Shown piece by piece: positions 42,965 through 57,141 of a DNA stretch of 64,000 nucleotides. How positions within the stretch are numbered: position 1 is the first letter of the stretch; every line of letters begins with the position of its first letter. The stretch covers positions 4,690,691-4,754,690 of the forward strand of contig NW_003314261.1 in assembly GCF_000143415.4 (NCBI RefSeq), written 5' to 3'. Under the pieces are notes generated by a model that was not told where the DNA came from, did no database searches, and worked only from the letters and a program-made list of their open reading frames with translations. This DNA comes from Selaginella moellendorffii. Taxonomy: Eukaryota > Plantae > Lycopodiophyta. A program made the position numbers and the translations under genes.

Positions 42965-44089
42965 TCAAAGGGGCAATTCCTCCTTTCCCCTGTTCTTCTT
43001 CTTCCCCTTGGGCTTCTTCCCATCAATCTTCCTGTAGATCCAGTGCTGCCCATCCGGCTCCACCCGCAGCCCCTTGAGACGTGCAAAGAGATCCACCGCC
43101 CTGCGCACGCCGTGGTAGTCGGCTCCATTGAAGTAATCGTGCCCAAACATGATGGATTTGCCGTCGGGCCGCATGAGCGACCACGCGAGATTGATGTCCG
43201 TCCACGCCGAGTGAAAATCGTGCCCGGCGTCCACCTCGATCAGATCCGCCGAGATGCCCAGCTCGCACAGCTTGTAGAGCCCCGTGTTGGTGGAGAATGG
43301 CACCGGCACAATGTTATTGCTAGCGTTGGAGAAGGCCACATTTTGCAAGAACTGGTTGAAGAGCATCACATTGCCGTGCTCCTGCCGGATGTCCGTGAAG
43401 ACCTTGCGAAACCCTGGCCAGCCCCGGAAATCATCCAGGCAGAAGATCACGAAATCACTGCCGCCTTGCTGCTGCTCGCGGATGAGCTTGGCGAGGTGGA
43501 TCGCCGACGCGCCCAGGAAGGATCCGAGCTCCACCACGATTTTGGGGCGGATTTCCTGGACGAGGCGCGCAAATACGGGGTGATCTGAGCCCCAGCCTTT
43601 GATCTTGTGGGGCTTGAGGAGGCGGGCAATGTGGGGGGGCGGGAAGGCCGTGAAGGGCGACGTGCCGTCAAACACCTCGTCAATGACGGCCGCGCGGGCG
43701 GAGGCGGCGTCTCGGCCCCGCGACGGCGCCGCCTGGCAGTCGTAGTGGAAGCGGAGGAGGTCGTCCGGCAGCGATCTGACGTGGCTCACGAATCCATCGT
43801 CGGATTGAGGCTGGATATTCGCCACGTTGTCGCCCAGATTCGCTTCCTTCTTCTCTTGGATCGACGGCGATGAAGACGAGCACGCGGTCAATGCAGCGGA
43901 GGAAGAAGACGAAGAGGGCGACGAGGAAGGGAATGATGAAGATTGGAGAGGAGGAGGCGAGCTAGGAGAAGTTCTCACAATTGGAGACGCTAGAAATCCG
44001 AGCGTGAAGGCCACGATCAGCGCGAAGAGCATCACCACCAAATTGCTGCAGTAGCTGCTGGGAGCGCTCCCAAACTGGTGCTTCTTCAT
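42965..44089 (-). CDS. Membrane-anchored class I SAM-dependent methyltransferase (Methyltransf_24-like)
   Basis: TM helix, Ser-rich stem, VELGSFLGAS, LIEVDAGHDF, GHDY; intronless. Confidence 0.85.
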   Translation of the reverse strand: MKKHQFGSAPSSYCSNLVVMLFALIVAFTLGFLASPIVRTSPSSPPPLQSSSFPSSSPSSSSSSAALTACSSSSPSIQEKKEANLGDNVANIQPQSDDGFVSHVRSLPDDLLRFHYDCQAAPSRGRDAASARAAVIDEVFDGTSPFTAFPPPHIARLLKPHKIKGWGSDHPVFARLVQEIRPKIVVELGSFLGASAIHLAKLIREQQQGGSDFVIFCLDDFRGWPGFRKVFTDIRQEHGNVMLFNQFLQNVAFSNASNNIVPVPFSTNTGLYKLCELGISADLIEVDAGHDFHSAWTDINLAWSLMRPDGKSIMFGHDYFNGADYHGVRRAVDLFARLKGLRVEPDGQHWIYRKIDGKKPKGKKKNRGKEELPL

Positions 44090-44719
44090 TGCTGTTCTTC
44101 CTCGTCGCACTAGAAAATGAAAGAACGAGGAGGTGAAAAAGAAAAGAGATCGATCCTACGAATTGAGAGCCCCACTCTTAGCTTCCTAGCCAGTGATACT
44201 GCGCTATCGTCCAGGGCGGGTGTGGCGTTCGAGTCCTGGGATCCACCATTACCCCACGCTTTCCCTGCAAAAGAGAGACACCACCACCACTGCCACCATA
44301 TCTTAACCAAAATTCCATCTCACAAATGTACCGTAATGGAGGATCTTCCAAAGAAAAGAAAGAAAGCGATGCTTCGTTTACTTTCTCTTCCCCGTTGGAC
44401 GATGCGTCGGTTTCTTCGAACCACTGCACGGACTCACTTGAATGGAATCTGTTAGCAAAAAAATCTCTGGAGAGTTCTTCCAGTCGGTTTTTAGATCTCG
44501 ATCGATCACAGCAAGGACCTGACACTTACCTCTCGATTTTTCTTCGTTTCTCGCTCGCGAGCTTCTCGTGAAAAGATGAAGCCCGAGTTTTCGGTACCTG
44601 TCTTGGTTTGCGAGAAACGTGTGCTGTGGAAAAAGCATTTCAATGAATCATGAGTACAATGAAAGGAAACTAGCTAGTACGAAACCGAAAGAGAGAGAAT
44701 ACCAGCAGCCGGTTACTAG

Positions 44720-45872
44720 CTATTTTCGCGACATCTCCTGCATTGCTGGAGGCGTGCGCGATACGGCGGGCTTTAATCCATCGCGAACATCAAGCTCCAC
44801 TTTATGCTGTGTCTGCAATATAAAACACAAAAGCTTAGCTCAGTGATGATGTCGGAAGGAATTTTTCTTTGGAGTGACTCACCTGCATGCACGCGCACAC
44901 ACTGCGAGAAAAAACAAAGTAACAAAAGTTGAGGAGCACGATATCGTCAGTCCTGGATGACAGAGCGACAAGTGTGACAAATCTTTACCTGCAGTAGGCA
45001 ATATCCGCAACTCTGTCGACAACGAGAGCTGCGTCGTCAATGAATGGCACATTAGTAAAAGTTGCAACCAGCCAGCAGATACAGTTGAGGTACTGGAGAA
45101 ACCACATCGTCGCCTAGAAGTAGAGATTTGATGGTGTCAAGTGTTGAAATCTTTTGACACTGGAAAACTTACAATGATGCAGTTGTCACACTTTGTGTTT
45201 TGGATCCCCAAGGAGTCCTGTATCATAAACCTTGTTGCAGTGACAGACATTGGAAAGCAAAGCACGGCCTGGAAAAAAAGGACAAAAACATTGGAAAGTT
45301 TTTAAGATCATGAAACTTCTAAAAGACTTACTTCAGTGGCAGCACAGAAGCGAGGACATTTGGGCTCTCCACAACGGCCGCTGCATGGCAGGCCTCCACC
45401 GCAACATTGATAGCTACAGAACCATCAAAGCGTCAAAGTTTTCTCCCAGCGGAAGAGGAGAAGAAGAAGAAGGGGAAAAAACACTAACCGTGACCAGTCA
45501 TTGTGCAAAGATCTTCCACGCAGCTGGTACGCGGCACAAAAGGGGCTGCAAAACGAATCACACACAGTCAAACAAAGAGGAAGCGAAATATTTTCGCGAC
45601 ATGGATCCTTACCAGAAGATGCTGTAGAAACAAACTGCGCGAGGTGATCAAACGAGTCAGTCCACTGGATCTCAAGAGTAAATCCCTAGCCTAGTCGAGA
45701 AGGCTGAATTCTCGAAGAAATCTCGAGATCTAGCAATGCCACACACACAACGAGCTGATTCTAGGAGCTTACACAGCGGATCTCTGGCTGGAGTGCTCAT
45801 CAGCGGCGCCTGCCATACATTCGGCAGTTGCTTCCTCGCATTGAGCGCATCCATGTTCTTGGAAGACGCCAT
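44720..45872 (-). CDS. PLAC8-family cysteine-rich protein, multi-exon
   Basis: Spliced exons give YQLRGRSLHNDWSR / YQCCGGGLPCSGRCGEPKCPRFCAATE / IQNTKCDNCII / VCACMQ / TQHKVELDVRDG, matching the plant PLAC8 subfamily. Mostly missed by the ORF track. Confidence 0.85.
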
Positions 45873-45960
45873 TCCCCGCCCTCGCTATTCCCCACCCTCG
45901 CTAAGACACCGCCTAGGGTATACAAGTTTAAACCAAAAAGAATTCATTAACACAGGCCCT

Positions 45961-47998
45961 TTAAACAACGTGTTCTTCGTCGTCGGTGGCTAAAAGGCCC
46001 ATTTCGGTCTCTGGCGACGAGGAAGTACGTAACAGCAGCCGGTTGTGCTCGTTCTCCACCCGGAAAAAAATCCACTGGAACCGCCGCAGCATCTCCAGCC
46101 CCGAGAATGTGAACACCGTCAAGTAGTTGTGGCGAAGGTGCGCCGAGAGCTTGTAAGTCCAGGCACAGCGAAGGAGTAAGTTGCTTCCAATCGCCCAGTA
46201 GTACACCTAGTAGGGAAGTCACCGGTTGTGTTTAGAGACACTCGGGTTAATGCTTCACTCACTCACCCATCGAGGATTGTAGACGAGGTGAGCCCTGAGT
46301 CCCACGTTTTTGGTCCTGGAGATACCGGAGAAGAGGCTGCGACGAAAACTGTGAGAGAGAGGACGGAGAGAATTGGAAAGTTACCTGAAGTCCCAGTCTC
46401 GGCTGATATCCCAGTAGAACGAGTAGAAAGAATTAACCACGCTAGAAAGTAACCAGAGTGGGCGATAGACACCTTCCCAGTACTCGGGAAGTACGTGATA
46501 CTTGAGCGCGGACAGGAAAACCACGGGGAAGGCTGTCGAATACTTCAAAGCTGCGAGGGATTTACACGAGATCAATCACAAGAAAAGAAGAGAAACGGTC
46601 AGGACATACCGTTGAAAAGACAAGATCGCTCTTTCGTGTCCGTATACTGCCTCAGACACTGCGCGAATCGGAACAAGTAAGGAAGCGCAAGAATGCAAGG
46701 TATCCATATGGAGTGACTCCCGCATAACTCCTCTGCCTCAAAAGCAGCCTGATAAAAGAGCGTTACACAAGAAACAGGAGAAAGCAACACGGCATACCTG
46801 ACGATGATACATCCTGCACAGCGACCGCTCAATATCCGATAGCACCTGCAAAAGAAACATCTCAAATCCATTTCTTTGTTACTCTACTCGCGGCGGGCGA
46901 ACCTTGGACATAGAGGTAAGCACGTCTGCTACAAAAAAATCTGCAAAGGTGATAGGCTGGCGTAACAAAACCATTAGTTCAGGCACAGCGAGTTAGATTT
47001 TCAACGAACCTGCAGCGGTAGCGAAAGTCTCAATAACGTACCAAGAAAGAAGAATCGCGATGAACGATAAAGGACATCAAAAGGTAGAATTAACACGAGC
47101 GGCAGGCCGATGTAAAGAATGGCCTGTGAGAAACGAAGCTGTTAGAGGGAAAAAGGAAGCAATAGCAAACAATGAATAGAATCATTTCAGCAAAGCACAC
47201 CATCATCAACAAGCAGCAAGAGTGGGGAAAAGTGTGGATTATACACTGGCTGCGATGCAGCGTAGTTCGCTTCCCCGTTGGAATAAAGATACAGATAAGT
47301 TGTCATGCTGGTCGAGATGACAATGGTCATCCAAGAGGCAACCTGCACTGACGAGAATTAAGAGGAGGAAAAATAAGAAAGAACACCACTACCTTCCATA
47401 TATGTTTGTGCGTTAAATGGTTCTGATCAAGATCAAAGATCTTGCTATAGTTCACACGATAATGTAGAAATGCCCAGAGATTTACTCCCCACAACCACAC
47501 CATCATAGCCTGCAAAGACAACCAAAAAGCTTGTTTGCATCTCGAGAATGAGCAATAGAACAATAGTTGAGACATACCACCATAACTAATGGATTGTAGT
47601 ACAAAAATGCTTCGTAGAAGAAACTACCCCTCAGTGTTGTATCCATTTTCTCGATGGAATCTTTGGCGATCTAGATAGCACCGAGCTAGAAAAACACATA
47701 TCGAACCAAATGCGAAAGAATACCTTTACACACACGATCGCCCATGCGATGAGAAAATAGATTGGCGAGCGAGGAAGCCAACCTCGGAGATAACCAGAAG
47801 AAGAATTTGCAGGCTTCAATTTTAGGGGCTCCACAGTCGCTGGCGGAGAATCTTCAAGCAAATTCATGGCTTCTGGAGCTCCTCCTCTATCTGGGAAGCA
47901 TAAAAATTTAAGAGCTGTCGTTCTCGAGCATTGAATAACATACCGGGATCAAGCAAATTCGATCTGCTGCGCGAGTGGAGAGGGCTGCTCATCGGCAT
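45961..47998 (-). CDS. EXS (ERD1/XPR1/SYG1) domain protein without SPX
   Basis: LYYNP, WLWGVNL, DFFVADVLTSMSK, LPYLFRFAQCLRQY, YWDISRDWD, LEMLRRFQWIFFRVENE; inferred first exon MPMSSPLHSRSRSNLLDP. Confidence 0.9.
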
Positions 47999-48589
47999 CA
48001 GCTACGCTCATCAAGGGTTCTCGCCACCGGCGGCAGCTCCCGCATTCTACCCGGCGCCGCCCGATCGCGATGCCCAATTCAAGAATCAGCGCATCTTGGA
48101 TCAACCCTAGCCCTCAGGGCCTCACTGGGATCGGACGAACAAATACAAGCCACGAGGCTAAGTATCAACCGTCGGATGCAAACGTCAACTACGTGTACGT
48201 GGACATTTTGATGAATTTTTAATTAAGAAAGTGGCGCGTTTTAATCGCCTACAATGATCACAGTGGGATCACAACAGAATTCGTCACATCGCCGCTAAGC
48301 TGCGAATCATAAATAACCAGGTTTTAGAAGCAAAGGTTTTAGTTTCAAGACCTTTGGTGATATTTCTTGCCTCATGGAACAAATCTAAAATCACTTCGCA
48401 AATCGCTAGCAACTTACCTCCCTTTACCCATGATAATATCCCTCGCTTAAAAACCCCCTGTCTTAGTTGGAGTTACCGTTCCCGACTCACAATTCTAGTG
48501 GAGGACGGCGAGTCCGAGAATTTACAGCGAGCTTTTCTTCACAAAGAAAGCAAACAAAATTAGTGATATATAGAATATGTAGGCTGGAT

Positions 48590-50032
48590 TGGTTTTTCGA
48601 TCAATCTCTTTCGTCATCGTCGTCCCCGTTTGTCGGGAAAAAACTGCTGGTTTTCCTCCTTGTTAGTGTTTTTGGATCCGGAATTCGTTTCGCAATCTTC
48701 TGTCACGGGATCTTCCGCGAGGATTTCTTCGAGCATTGGCTCGTCCAGTTCTGTATCTTCTGCTTCTTTCTCTGGTCTAGGCTCGCCACTAAAACAAAAG
48801 GAACAGGAGTTAGCGAAAAAAGGAGGTACCACGAAACTTACAAGCATGAATACAAAGACAGTCCTATGGCCACTGTTCCAAACGCCACAAAGTAGAGCCA
48901 ATCCACCTGAAAAGAAAACGATAGAAATCACGATAAAATACAAGCTTTGGTAAATACTTACGTCTTCATGGTACGCCAATGCACGTATCGCGACGGCCCA
49001 CATATCGGACGTGAGAAGAGACAAGGTAAACATTGCCGAGCCACTGCCCTGTGTCCAGAGTGTGTATAAAAGCTTTAGAGGATGCATAGATGTATACCTG
49101 AAGTAGAATTGGAGCGAGAATGTAGAAAGAAAACTGTGCCAGTGCAAATCCCACAAAAGGTCCAATCTGCAGAAATGAAAATCTTAGCGAAAACACGCGA
49201 GAGTGTGTTCCTACGGCATTTGCAGTCCATTGAATGTGACGAAGTTCATGCAGTTCAAGAGCAAGTCTGGAACAAAAGTCATTGAAAAACGCTGTTCGAA
49301 TCTATAATCCAAAGACTACTTACACTTGAATGCCGTTTATAAGCGATCCAAACAAGCCGAGGAAGGCAAGCAGCTCAACCGGACTTGTTTTCTTCACTAT
49401 AAATTCCTGAGGAAAATCGAAAAAGGGATTCAGACGTGAAAGAAAAAAGTTGGCAGCACGCATACCTGGGTGACATTGCCAATTGCGTACAGCATCGATG
49501 CTCCGATGACGATAATGTCTCCAAGGACGACATTACTACCACCTGAGAAGATAAAACCAAAACCGAAGTTAGCGATGCTTGGTTGCTGTAAGTACGGAGG
49601 CACGTCAACTCAACGAGTGAAACACACACTCGTCTCTTCTCTTTTGAGGTGGACAGACCGGATCGATCTTTGGCGTGAACATCGGAGAGAACCACCAGCA
49701 CGAGCCCCGTCACGCAGATCCCGACTCCAAAAAAATGCCCGAGGCGGTACCGTGTGTTGAGAAACAACCACGTCAAAAGGAGGACGCAGGGAGTGCTCCA
49801 GCAGTCAAGCAGCATCACGCTTGTGATCGAAGTGTATTGGTTGGCCTTGACAACTGAAGAAAGAAAGCGGCCAGAGTCGATGTGACCAAAGAAAAAATGA
49901 AGAATCGCAAGGTGAAACTTACGGAGATAATTTCCTTCCACATCCACAATGGCGAGTAGCAGGAAACCATACCAAGGTACCTGTTGACAATCACTACATC
50001 GATGTAACAAGCTAGACAAAAAGAAGCTGAAA

Positions 50033-50069
<37 letters not shown>

Positions 50070-50499
50070 GAGAAGAAAGTATAATCAACTCATGAACAAG
50101 AACAAGCACGAATAGAGGGAAGATTAAAATGATTTTCAGGCGCTGACCTTGATCTTTGGCCTCTTGATAAGAACAATCGATCCGCAAACGATGGCCAGCA
50201 GCGCGTAATTGAAAAAAGCCTGGGCAGTGGGCGCATTTACCCCTTTTGACAAGAGAATCAAGCTAGAGGTTCATATAAGCCTACCAGGTCCTACCTTCGC
50301 GAGCCAGGAACGAGGATGTGAATCCCGTGGCAGTGAGGAGCAGCGACAGGACCTGTCCCAGGCCCAGGGCTGCGAGCGCCCTCCATTTTGGAGACGAAAC
50401 CAGCCATTCCAGGATCACTCGCTGCTGCAGATGATCATCGTCGTGCTGCTGCTGCTGCTCCCGGTCGCCCATTGATTCGAGAAGCCAGCGGTCACCCAT
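48590..50499 (-). CDS. SLC35F1/F2-like transporter (DUF914), copy 1
   Basis: LGQVLSLLLTATGFTSS, DVEGNYL, ANQYTSITSVMLLDCW, SGSAMFTLSLLTSDMWAV. The stop position is approximate. Confidence 0.85.
50034..50067. repeat. (CA)n microsatellite in an intron of SLC35F copy 1
   Basis: Long pure run; the equivalent in copy 2 (~53707-53730) is short and interrupted. Confidence 0.9.
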
Positions 50500-51599
50500 A
50501 ACTTATCACTGCGCCGTAGCGCATGAAATCGTCTGCCTCGTTGACAGGGACTTCTTATAATATTCTAGTACTTGCCTTTGGAGCAATCACTATACTCAGA
50601 TCCGGGATTTTTCTTCTTTTTCAAACATTACAGTGTTGTGATTTCCTTCTTGGAGAGGCTGGAAGTTTCCCGGATGTGTGTTCATCCTGGGTGATAATCG
50701 CAACCTTGACTCGCATGTCACCTGAAGGAAACTTACCTTGCAAGGTCACCTGCAAGCAAGTAAATGTTCACTTTTCCCTTACTTTGGCCTCTAATTAATA
50801 TTATCATTGTCTTGTTTGTTACATTGCAGTGATGTTTCAACAACCTAAGTTGAATATATTGCCTTGGTCTCTTAAGAAAATTATATAGTTGTGATGTTTA
50901 ATGTTTCAACCACCAAAGTTTTGAATATATTACTTGCTAGCATCATCAAAGGATTTCCATCTCAAAGTCATTTGATAGCAACTTTTGGAAACATTGAATT
51001 ATTCAGATTAGAAAAGGTGACAAAGTTGAGGGAATGAAATATTTTTGTAATTTAGGAAGAAAATAAGAAAGCTTCTAAAGAGGATTAGAAAGGGGAATCT
51101 TGAGATAATATTATTTCCTTGTGGGAATTAATGTAGGGAAAATAGCAAGAGGGCTTGTGCTTGAGGGAGGTTGAAGAGATTTGAGAAGATTACAAGGGAT
51201 GACAGACTATAAAGGAGAAGGGGAGAAAGAAAACATATGCATGGCAAAGGAGTTGAGAGGAGCGATATAAAAAGCCTGAATTTTGTCCTAAGCTCTTAAT
51301 CTTTTCTTTTAAAATAATTTGGTGAATTGCAGTCAACTGTGGGCCTTGCTAGGGGAAGAGTACATTGGGCTCCCATAAAAAATTGCTCATGTATGCTTAG
51401 AAGAAGTTAAATTATATTGCTGAGAAGTAGCGATGTTTGCCATAATAAATTTATGCAATGACAATGATCAATTATTAATTAATTATATTGCTGCGATCAT
51501 GGTTGAAAAAACAGACAGACTGCTACGAGAAAATAGACTGAAAGACAAACTCGGAGAGAACCAGAAGAATTTCAAGCAGGCTTCGACAGTAGCTGCGAA

Positions 51600-51690
51600 T
51601 TCACCTCTATCTATATGAATTTCGCTCTCGAGCATTGAATACGATACCGGAATCTGCTCGAGTGGAGAGGGCTGCTCATCGGCATCAGTT
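51600..51690 (-). pseudogene. Duplicated first exon/intron of the EXS gene
   Basis: Matches ~47885-48000 (gagtggagagggctgctcatcggcatcag); similarity is lost a few bases into exon 2. Confidence 0.7.
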
Positions 51691-52229
51691 GCGCTGATAG
51701 ATCTTTCCTCGTCAAGGATTCTCGCCACCGCCAAAGCCGCGTGTACGTGGACATTAGAAATTTTTAATTTTTTTTTTTTTAAAGAAAAGAAACTGGCGCG
51801 TTTAATCGCCTACAATGATCACAGTGGGATCACAGCAGCATTCATCAAGCAAGCAGCAGCAACACATTGCTGCTAAGCTGCGAATCACAAATAACAAAGT
51901 TTTAGAACCAAAGATTTTACATCGAACCAAGAACAACTTACATTCCTTTAAGGAACCCGTGATCTTTCTTGCCTGCCATGAATCACGAGAGATCAAATCA
52001 AATATAAAATCTCTGTTAGCAGCTTACCTCCCTTACCCATGAGTAAACGCTCCTCTTCGAGATGAACCTTGGAAGATCTCTCCCTGGCTTAAAACCCCCT
52101 GCATTAGTTGGAGTTATCGTTAGCGACTCACAATCCTAAAGTGGACGACGGCGAGTCCGAGAAACAGTGCTTTCTTCACGAAGAAAGCAAACAATTAGTG
52201 ATAGAAGTATACATATAGTTTTTCCAGCA

Positions 52230-54181
52230 TCAAAGCTCAATCTGTGCATCGTCGTTGTTATCCCGTTTGTCGGGAAAAAACTGCTGCTTTTCTTCCTTGT
52301 TAGTGCTTTTAGAATGTGTACCGCTATCTTCTTTCACAGGATGTTCCGCGACGATTTCTTCGAGTCCTGGCTCGTCCAGTTCTGCAGCTGCTTGTTGTTT
52401 CTTTGGTCTGGGCTCACCACTATAACAAAAGGAGGTGGAGTTAGCGAGAAAAAAAAGAGGTGCCACGAAACTTACAAGTAAGAATACAAAGACAGTCCTA
52501 TTGCCACTGTTCCAAACGCCACAAAGTAGAGCCAATCCACCTGAAAAGAAAACGATAGAAATCACGACAAACTTGGTAAAAATACTTACGACTTCATGGT
52601 AGGCCAATGCACGGATCGCGACGGCCCACATATCGGACGTGAGAAGAGACAAGTTAAACATTGCCGAGCCACTGCCCTGTGTCCAAAGTGTGTAAGAAAG
52701 CTTAAGAGGACGCACACATGTATCTGCGCTTTACCTGAAGTAGAATTGGAACGAGAAGGTAAAACGAAAACTGGGCCAGTGCAAATCCCACAAAAGGACC
52801 AATCTGCAAAAATGGAAAGCTTAGCGAGAAACACGGGAATATTAAAGAGGCAAGAGGTTTGAGTTCCTACGGCATTTGCAGTCCATTGAGTGTGACGAAT
52901 TTCATGCAGTTCAAGAGCGAGCCTGAAACAAAAGTCTTTTAGAAAACACTGTTCGATCCTATTATCCAAAAGGCTACTACACTGAAAACGCGCTTTATTA
53001 TCGATCCAACAAGCCGAGAAAAGCAAGCAGCTCAACCGATTAATCTTCTTCACTATAAATTCCTGAGGAAAATCATAAAAGGGATTCAGATGAGAGTTCA
53101 TGTGAAAGAGAAATTTTAGCAGCACCATACCTCGCTAACATTGGAAATTGCGTATAGCATCGATGCTCCGATGACGAGAAAGTCTCCAAGGACGACATTA
53201 CTACCACCTGAGAAGATAAAACCAAAGTTAGCGAGGCTTGGCTGCTGCAAGTATGCAAGCACGTCAACTCAACGAGCACAAAACACACTCGTTTCTTTTC
53301 TTTTGAAGCGGACAAACCGGATCGATCTTTGGCGTGAACATCGGAGAGAACCACCAACACGAGCCCCGTCACGCAAATCCCGACTCCAACAAAATGCCCG
53401 ATGCGGTACCGGGTCTTGAGAAAAAAACCACGTCAAAAGGAGCACGCAGGGAATGCTCCAGCAATCAAGGAGCATGACGCTTGTGATCGAGGTGTATTGG
53501 TAGGCCTTGACAACTGAGAAGAAAATGATCAGGGTCGCAAAACTTTGTGACCAATAAAAAGAACAAAGAAAGAGAAGGTCACGGTGAAACTTACCGAGAA
53601 AATTTGCTTCCACATCCACAACGGCGAGTAGCAGGAAAGCATACCAAGGTACCTGTGAACAATCACCACATCGATGTAAGAGGCTAGACAAAAAGAAGCT
53701 GAAACTACACGCACACACAACACACACACAAAGAAATAAAGCTCTTTTACTACTATCAAACTCGGGACCAACCAAAACAAACTAGATTAGGGGGGAATTC
53801 TAAAAGATTCTCAGAGAACAGGTGAGCGCTGACCTTGATCTTTGGCCGCTTGATAAGAACAATCGATCCGCAAACGATGGCCAGCAGCGCGTAATTGCAA
53901 AATGCCTGGGCAGTGGGCGCATGCACCCCTTGACAGGAGAATTAAGAGCTAGAAATTCGCAAAACCCTACCTTCGCGAGCCAGGAACGAGGATGTGAATC
54001 CCGTGGCAGTGACGAGCAGCGACACGACCTGTCCCAGGCCCAGGGCTGCGACCGCCCTCCATTTTGGGGACGAAACCAGCCATTTGAGGATCACTCGCTG
54101 CTGCTGGTGCTGCTCTTGCGGATGATCGCGCTGCTGCTGCTCGCTGTCGCCCATGGATTCGAGAAGCCAGCGGTCGCCCAT
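52230..54181 (-). pseudogene. SLC35F1/F2-like copy 2, frameshifted
   Basis: Same exon structure as copy 1, but +1 nt in the T-run at 53421-53427 and -1 nt near 53040, plus further indels near 53000. Confidence 0.7.
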
Positions 54182-55039
54182 AGCTCATCACGGCGCCATG
54201 CTTTTTATAGCGCAAGAAATTTCTCGCCTCAAGGAGAGTCGCTCCTTTAGCTACCAGGCATATTCTATGGCGTGTTCTTATAATATTGTTGCTTTTGGTC
54301 GGATTCACTTCGAGCTTGTATCTCCTCGTAAAATAAAATCTGTCAACTTTGTGAGAAATTTGAACTTTAAAATTCCTTTCAAGTAAAAGTACAATAAGGC
54401 AAAAATATTAGTGATATTTTTTATTTTAATCCTTAAACCCACACAGAAGTTCTGAAAACATTAAAGAACATTAAAAAAATTACATTAAATTTTAATTAAA
54501 ATTTTAGCCAATAATTTGTTATGGATATAATTTTATTTATTATTTTTAAATATTTTATGTAACTTAATATTAATTTGAGGAATATTTTAACCACTTTGCA
54601 TTTCCTGAATTTCATTTAATAAAACTATAATGACTATAATTTATAATTAATTTATCAATGATATAAAAACATAAAATATTATAATTTGGAAGGTTATTTG
54701 AACTTAGTGACTTTGAAATTTCATAAATAAAAATATATAAAATATGATACAACTGACTACATTAGAAAGGTTATGGAAAGTAAGATGGGTGGCAAAAACA
54801 AGATACTTTTAAGCAAAATAATAATTCATGCTAGTTTATAAAGTATTATTTTAATAAATATAAAGAATATATTATCTCAAACGTTGAGGGTGAAAGATTT
54901 GAATATCTAACATCCAATATCATTGAATCCTCAAATGCATGGCTTTTCGATGTAAGAGAATTGCCAAAACTGAAGGTTATTGGGATAAAGTTGATAAGTT
55001 AATGTTTTGTATGTGGGATGATTCTATGACTCATATGTT

Positions 55040-55410
55040 TATGTAAACTATGGGAAACTAGGTTAATGAAGCATGATTTAAACCCACAACACTGTGACAT
55101 TCATTTAAACAAAAATTTAACTTGTTACAAGGGCCTAACTCACTCACAAGTGACAATGATGCTTGTCCAAGGTAGTAGATTCTTCTCAAGAATCTCTTGG
55201 AACAAGATCTATACCTCCTGCAGATACCTACTAAGAGGGAATATGGTGATCATGATGGTCCAAGATGCCATATCCTAGTATGGCATCATATCAAGCATGC
55301 TCTTGTCTTCAATGAAATACTTCCTCTCACTCATTGCTTTGAATAGGAAATTTGAGGACAAAATGTTGTGCTCCCCTAATCCATTGAAGACCCAATTCAA
55401 TTCTGCCATA
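55040..55410 (-). pseudogene. Degraded PPR fragment
   Basis: Minus-strand translation LDMMPY*DMASWTIMIT..YLQEV*ILFQEILEKNLLPWTSII resembles short PPR motifs. Confidence 0.55.
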
Positions 55411-56044
55411 TTTAATCTGTTTCTATATGTATGCTAAGAGCAATGTGAAAGCAGAAAGACACTCATGCACATAAGGAAGAAAGAACTATATAATTATACA
55501 TGAATGAATACATAACTATTGCCACCATCATCTCTACTATCTAACCCCACTCACAATTAAGCACTTAATCCACACTTGGATCTAAGCTTAAATTGTGCAT
55601 AGCAAGGATGAAATAATAGAACATGTGGAGCTAATGAAAAAAGTAAACTAAACTAAACTAAACTATCCAAAACATTGTTTTTGGCCTTAACTTTGCTTAG
55701 ACACATTATTATAGTTTCAATCTTGCCTCTAGCATGTGGTTTTGGCCTTGGAACCACCACACTCCCCAATCTTTGGCTAATAAGCATTCTTCCCAATTGT
55801 TAAAAATTCATGTAAAGAGTTGTTATGCAAAACTTAATTCTTCACCTGGATTGTTAAAATCTCTCACTACTATTATTCTTAAACATTGCAAGAAGGATTG
55901 CAATTACGAAGCTCATCCTCCTCTTTGTCACTAGCCTCTTATGCAGCAAATGCCATGCCTAGGATCAAGAGAGCTTTATGAAAGTGGAAAAACCTATATA
56001 TAACTATATATAAATGAGTACATATACCTAAGACTACTGCCACA

Positions 56045-57050
56045 TAGGCATCATTAACACAATTTGTTTCCAGATTTCAAATCATGAAGAGGCAGATTGC
56101 TGCTGTGGGTGTATGCCTGGAGCATGGTGGTGTAGGTGATGCAGTCTTTCTGTAAGCAAGGTCTCAAACATGCTCCTGGTCTTCCCAAAGCACCAGAGTG
56201 GGAAGACGGTGTTCGATGAGAGGCAATCCCTTTGCTGTGAACACGCATTGTGACTTCTTGAGCTGTCCGGTCTGCACGTAGCATCGAGCAAAGCTCGTCC
56301 AAGACACCAAATTCCGCTGCCGCATTTGCTCAAAGATGATCCACGCTTCTTCTTTGTAGCGCAATCCTCCTGAACATAGCAAGATTTCAGCACTGCATTC
56401 CACGAAATGCAATCCCTCCTCCCAAACACCTGATTTGCCAGAATCTGGGCATCAGGATCTTCGGTGACTGCACCCAAAAAAGAATTCCACGAAACGGCAT
56501 CCCTCTCGTTCACCACATCGACCAGGCTCTTCGATTCCAGCATATGCCCGGCTAGGGAATACGCTGCTAACATGGTATTCCAAGACACCACATTCCTGGC
56601 GGGCATTCTTCCAAAGTTCTTCTCAGCTTCTGCGAGATACTCCTTGTGGAAAAATGGAGGAACCATAGCATTTCACGAGGTGACATTCTTCCCTGCACTG
56701 CTATGAAACAGATCCAGAGCCTGCTGCAGATGCCCGTTCTAGGCAAAGTCCCGCAGCATGAAATTGCAAGAGAAAGCATCATGGCGCTTGATGCTCTGAA
56801 CACAAGGTGCGCATCTTCCACGCTGCCACATTTTCCACACATCTTAAACAGCAGATTTGCAAGCACCACATTCCCGCAGATACTCATTTGCCATGGATCA
56901 ATCTTCCCTTCACCAAATCTCTGCAGCAAAATGCCGAGAACTGCCATTGGTCGATTTCCATTGCTCTTAAGTAGACGCAGGCATGGGTGATCAACCCAGA
57001 GATAACCACGTTGGAGCAAACTCCATGAAGGTCCATGCTCCTCTGGAGAT
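56045..57050 (-). pseudogene. PPR pseudogene (PLS-type), multiple frameshifts
   Basis: LANLLFKMCGKCGSVEDAHLVF, FGRMPARNVVSWNTMLAAYS and FEQMRQRNLVSWT lie in different frames. Confidence 0.8.
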
Positions 57051-57141
57051 GGGTTTCACAATCATGTGGTTTCAGGTTTTTTAAAGATGCTCAGGATATA
57101 CCTAAATATAAATTTAGTAGTCCTATTCTTTAGGGTTAACT

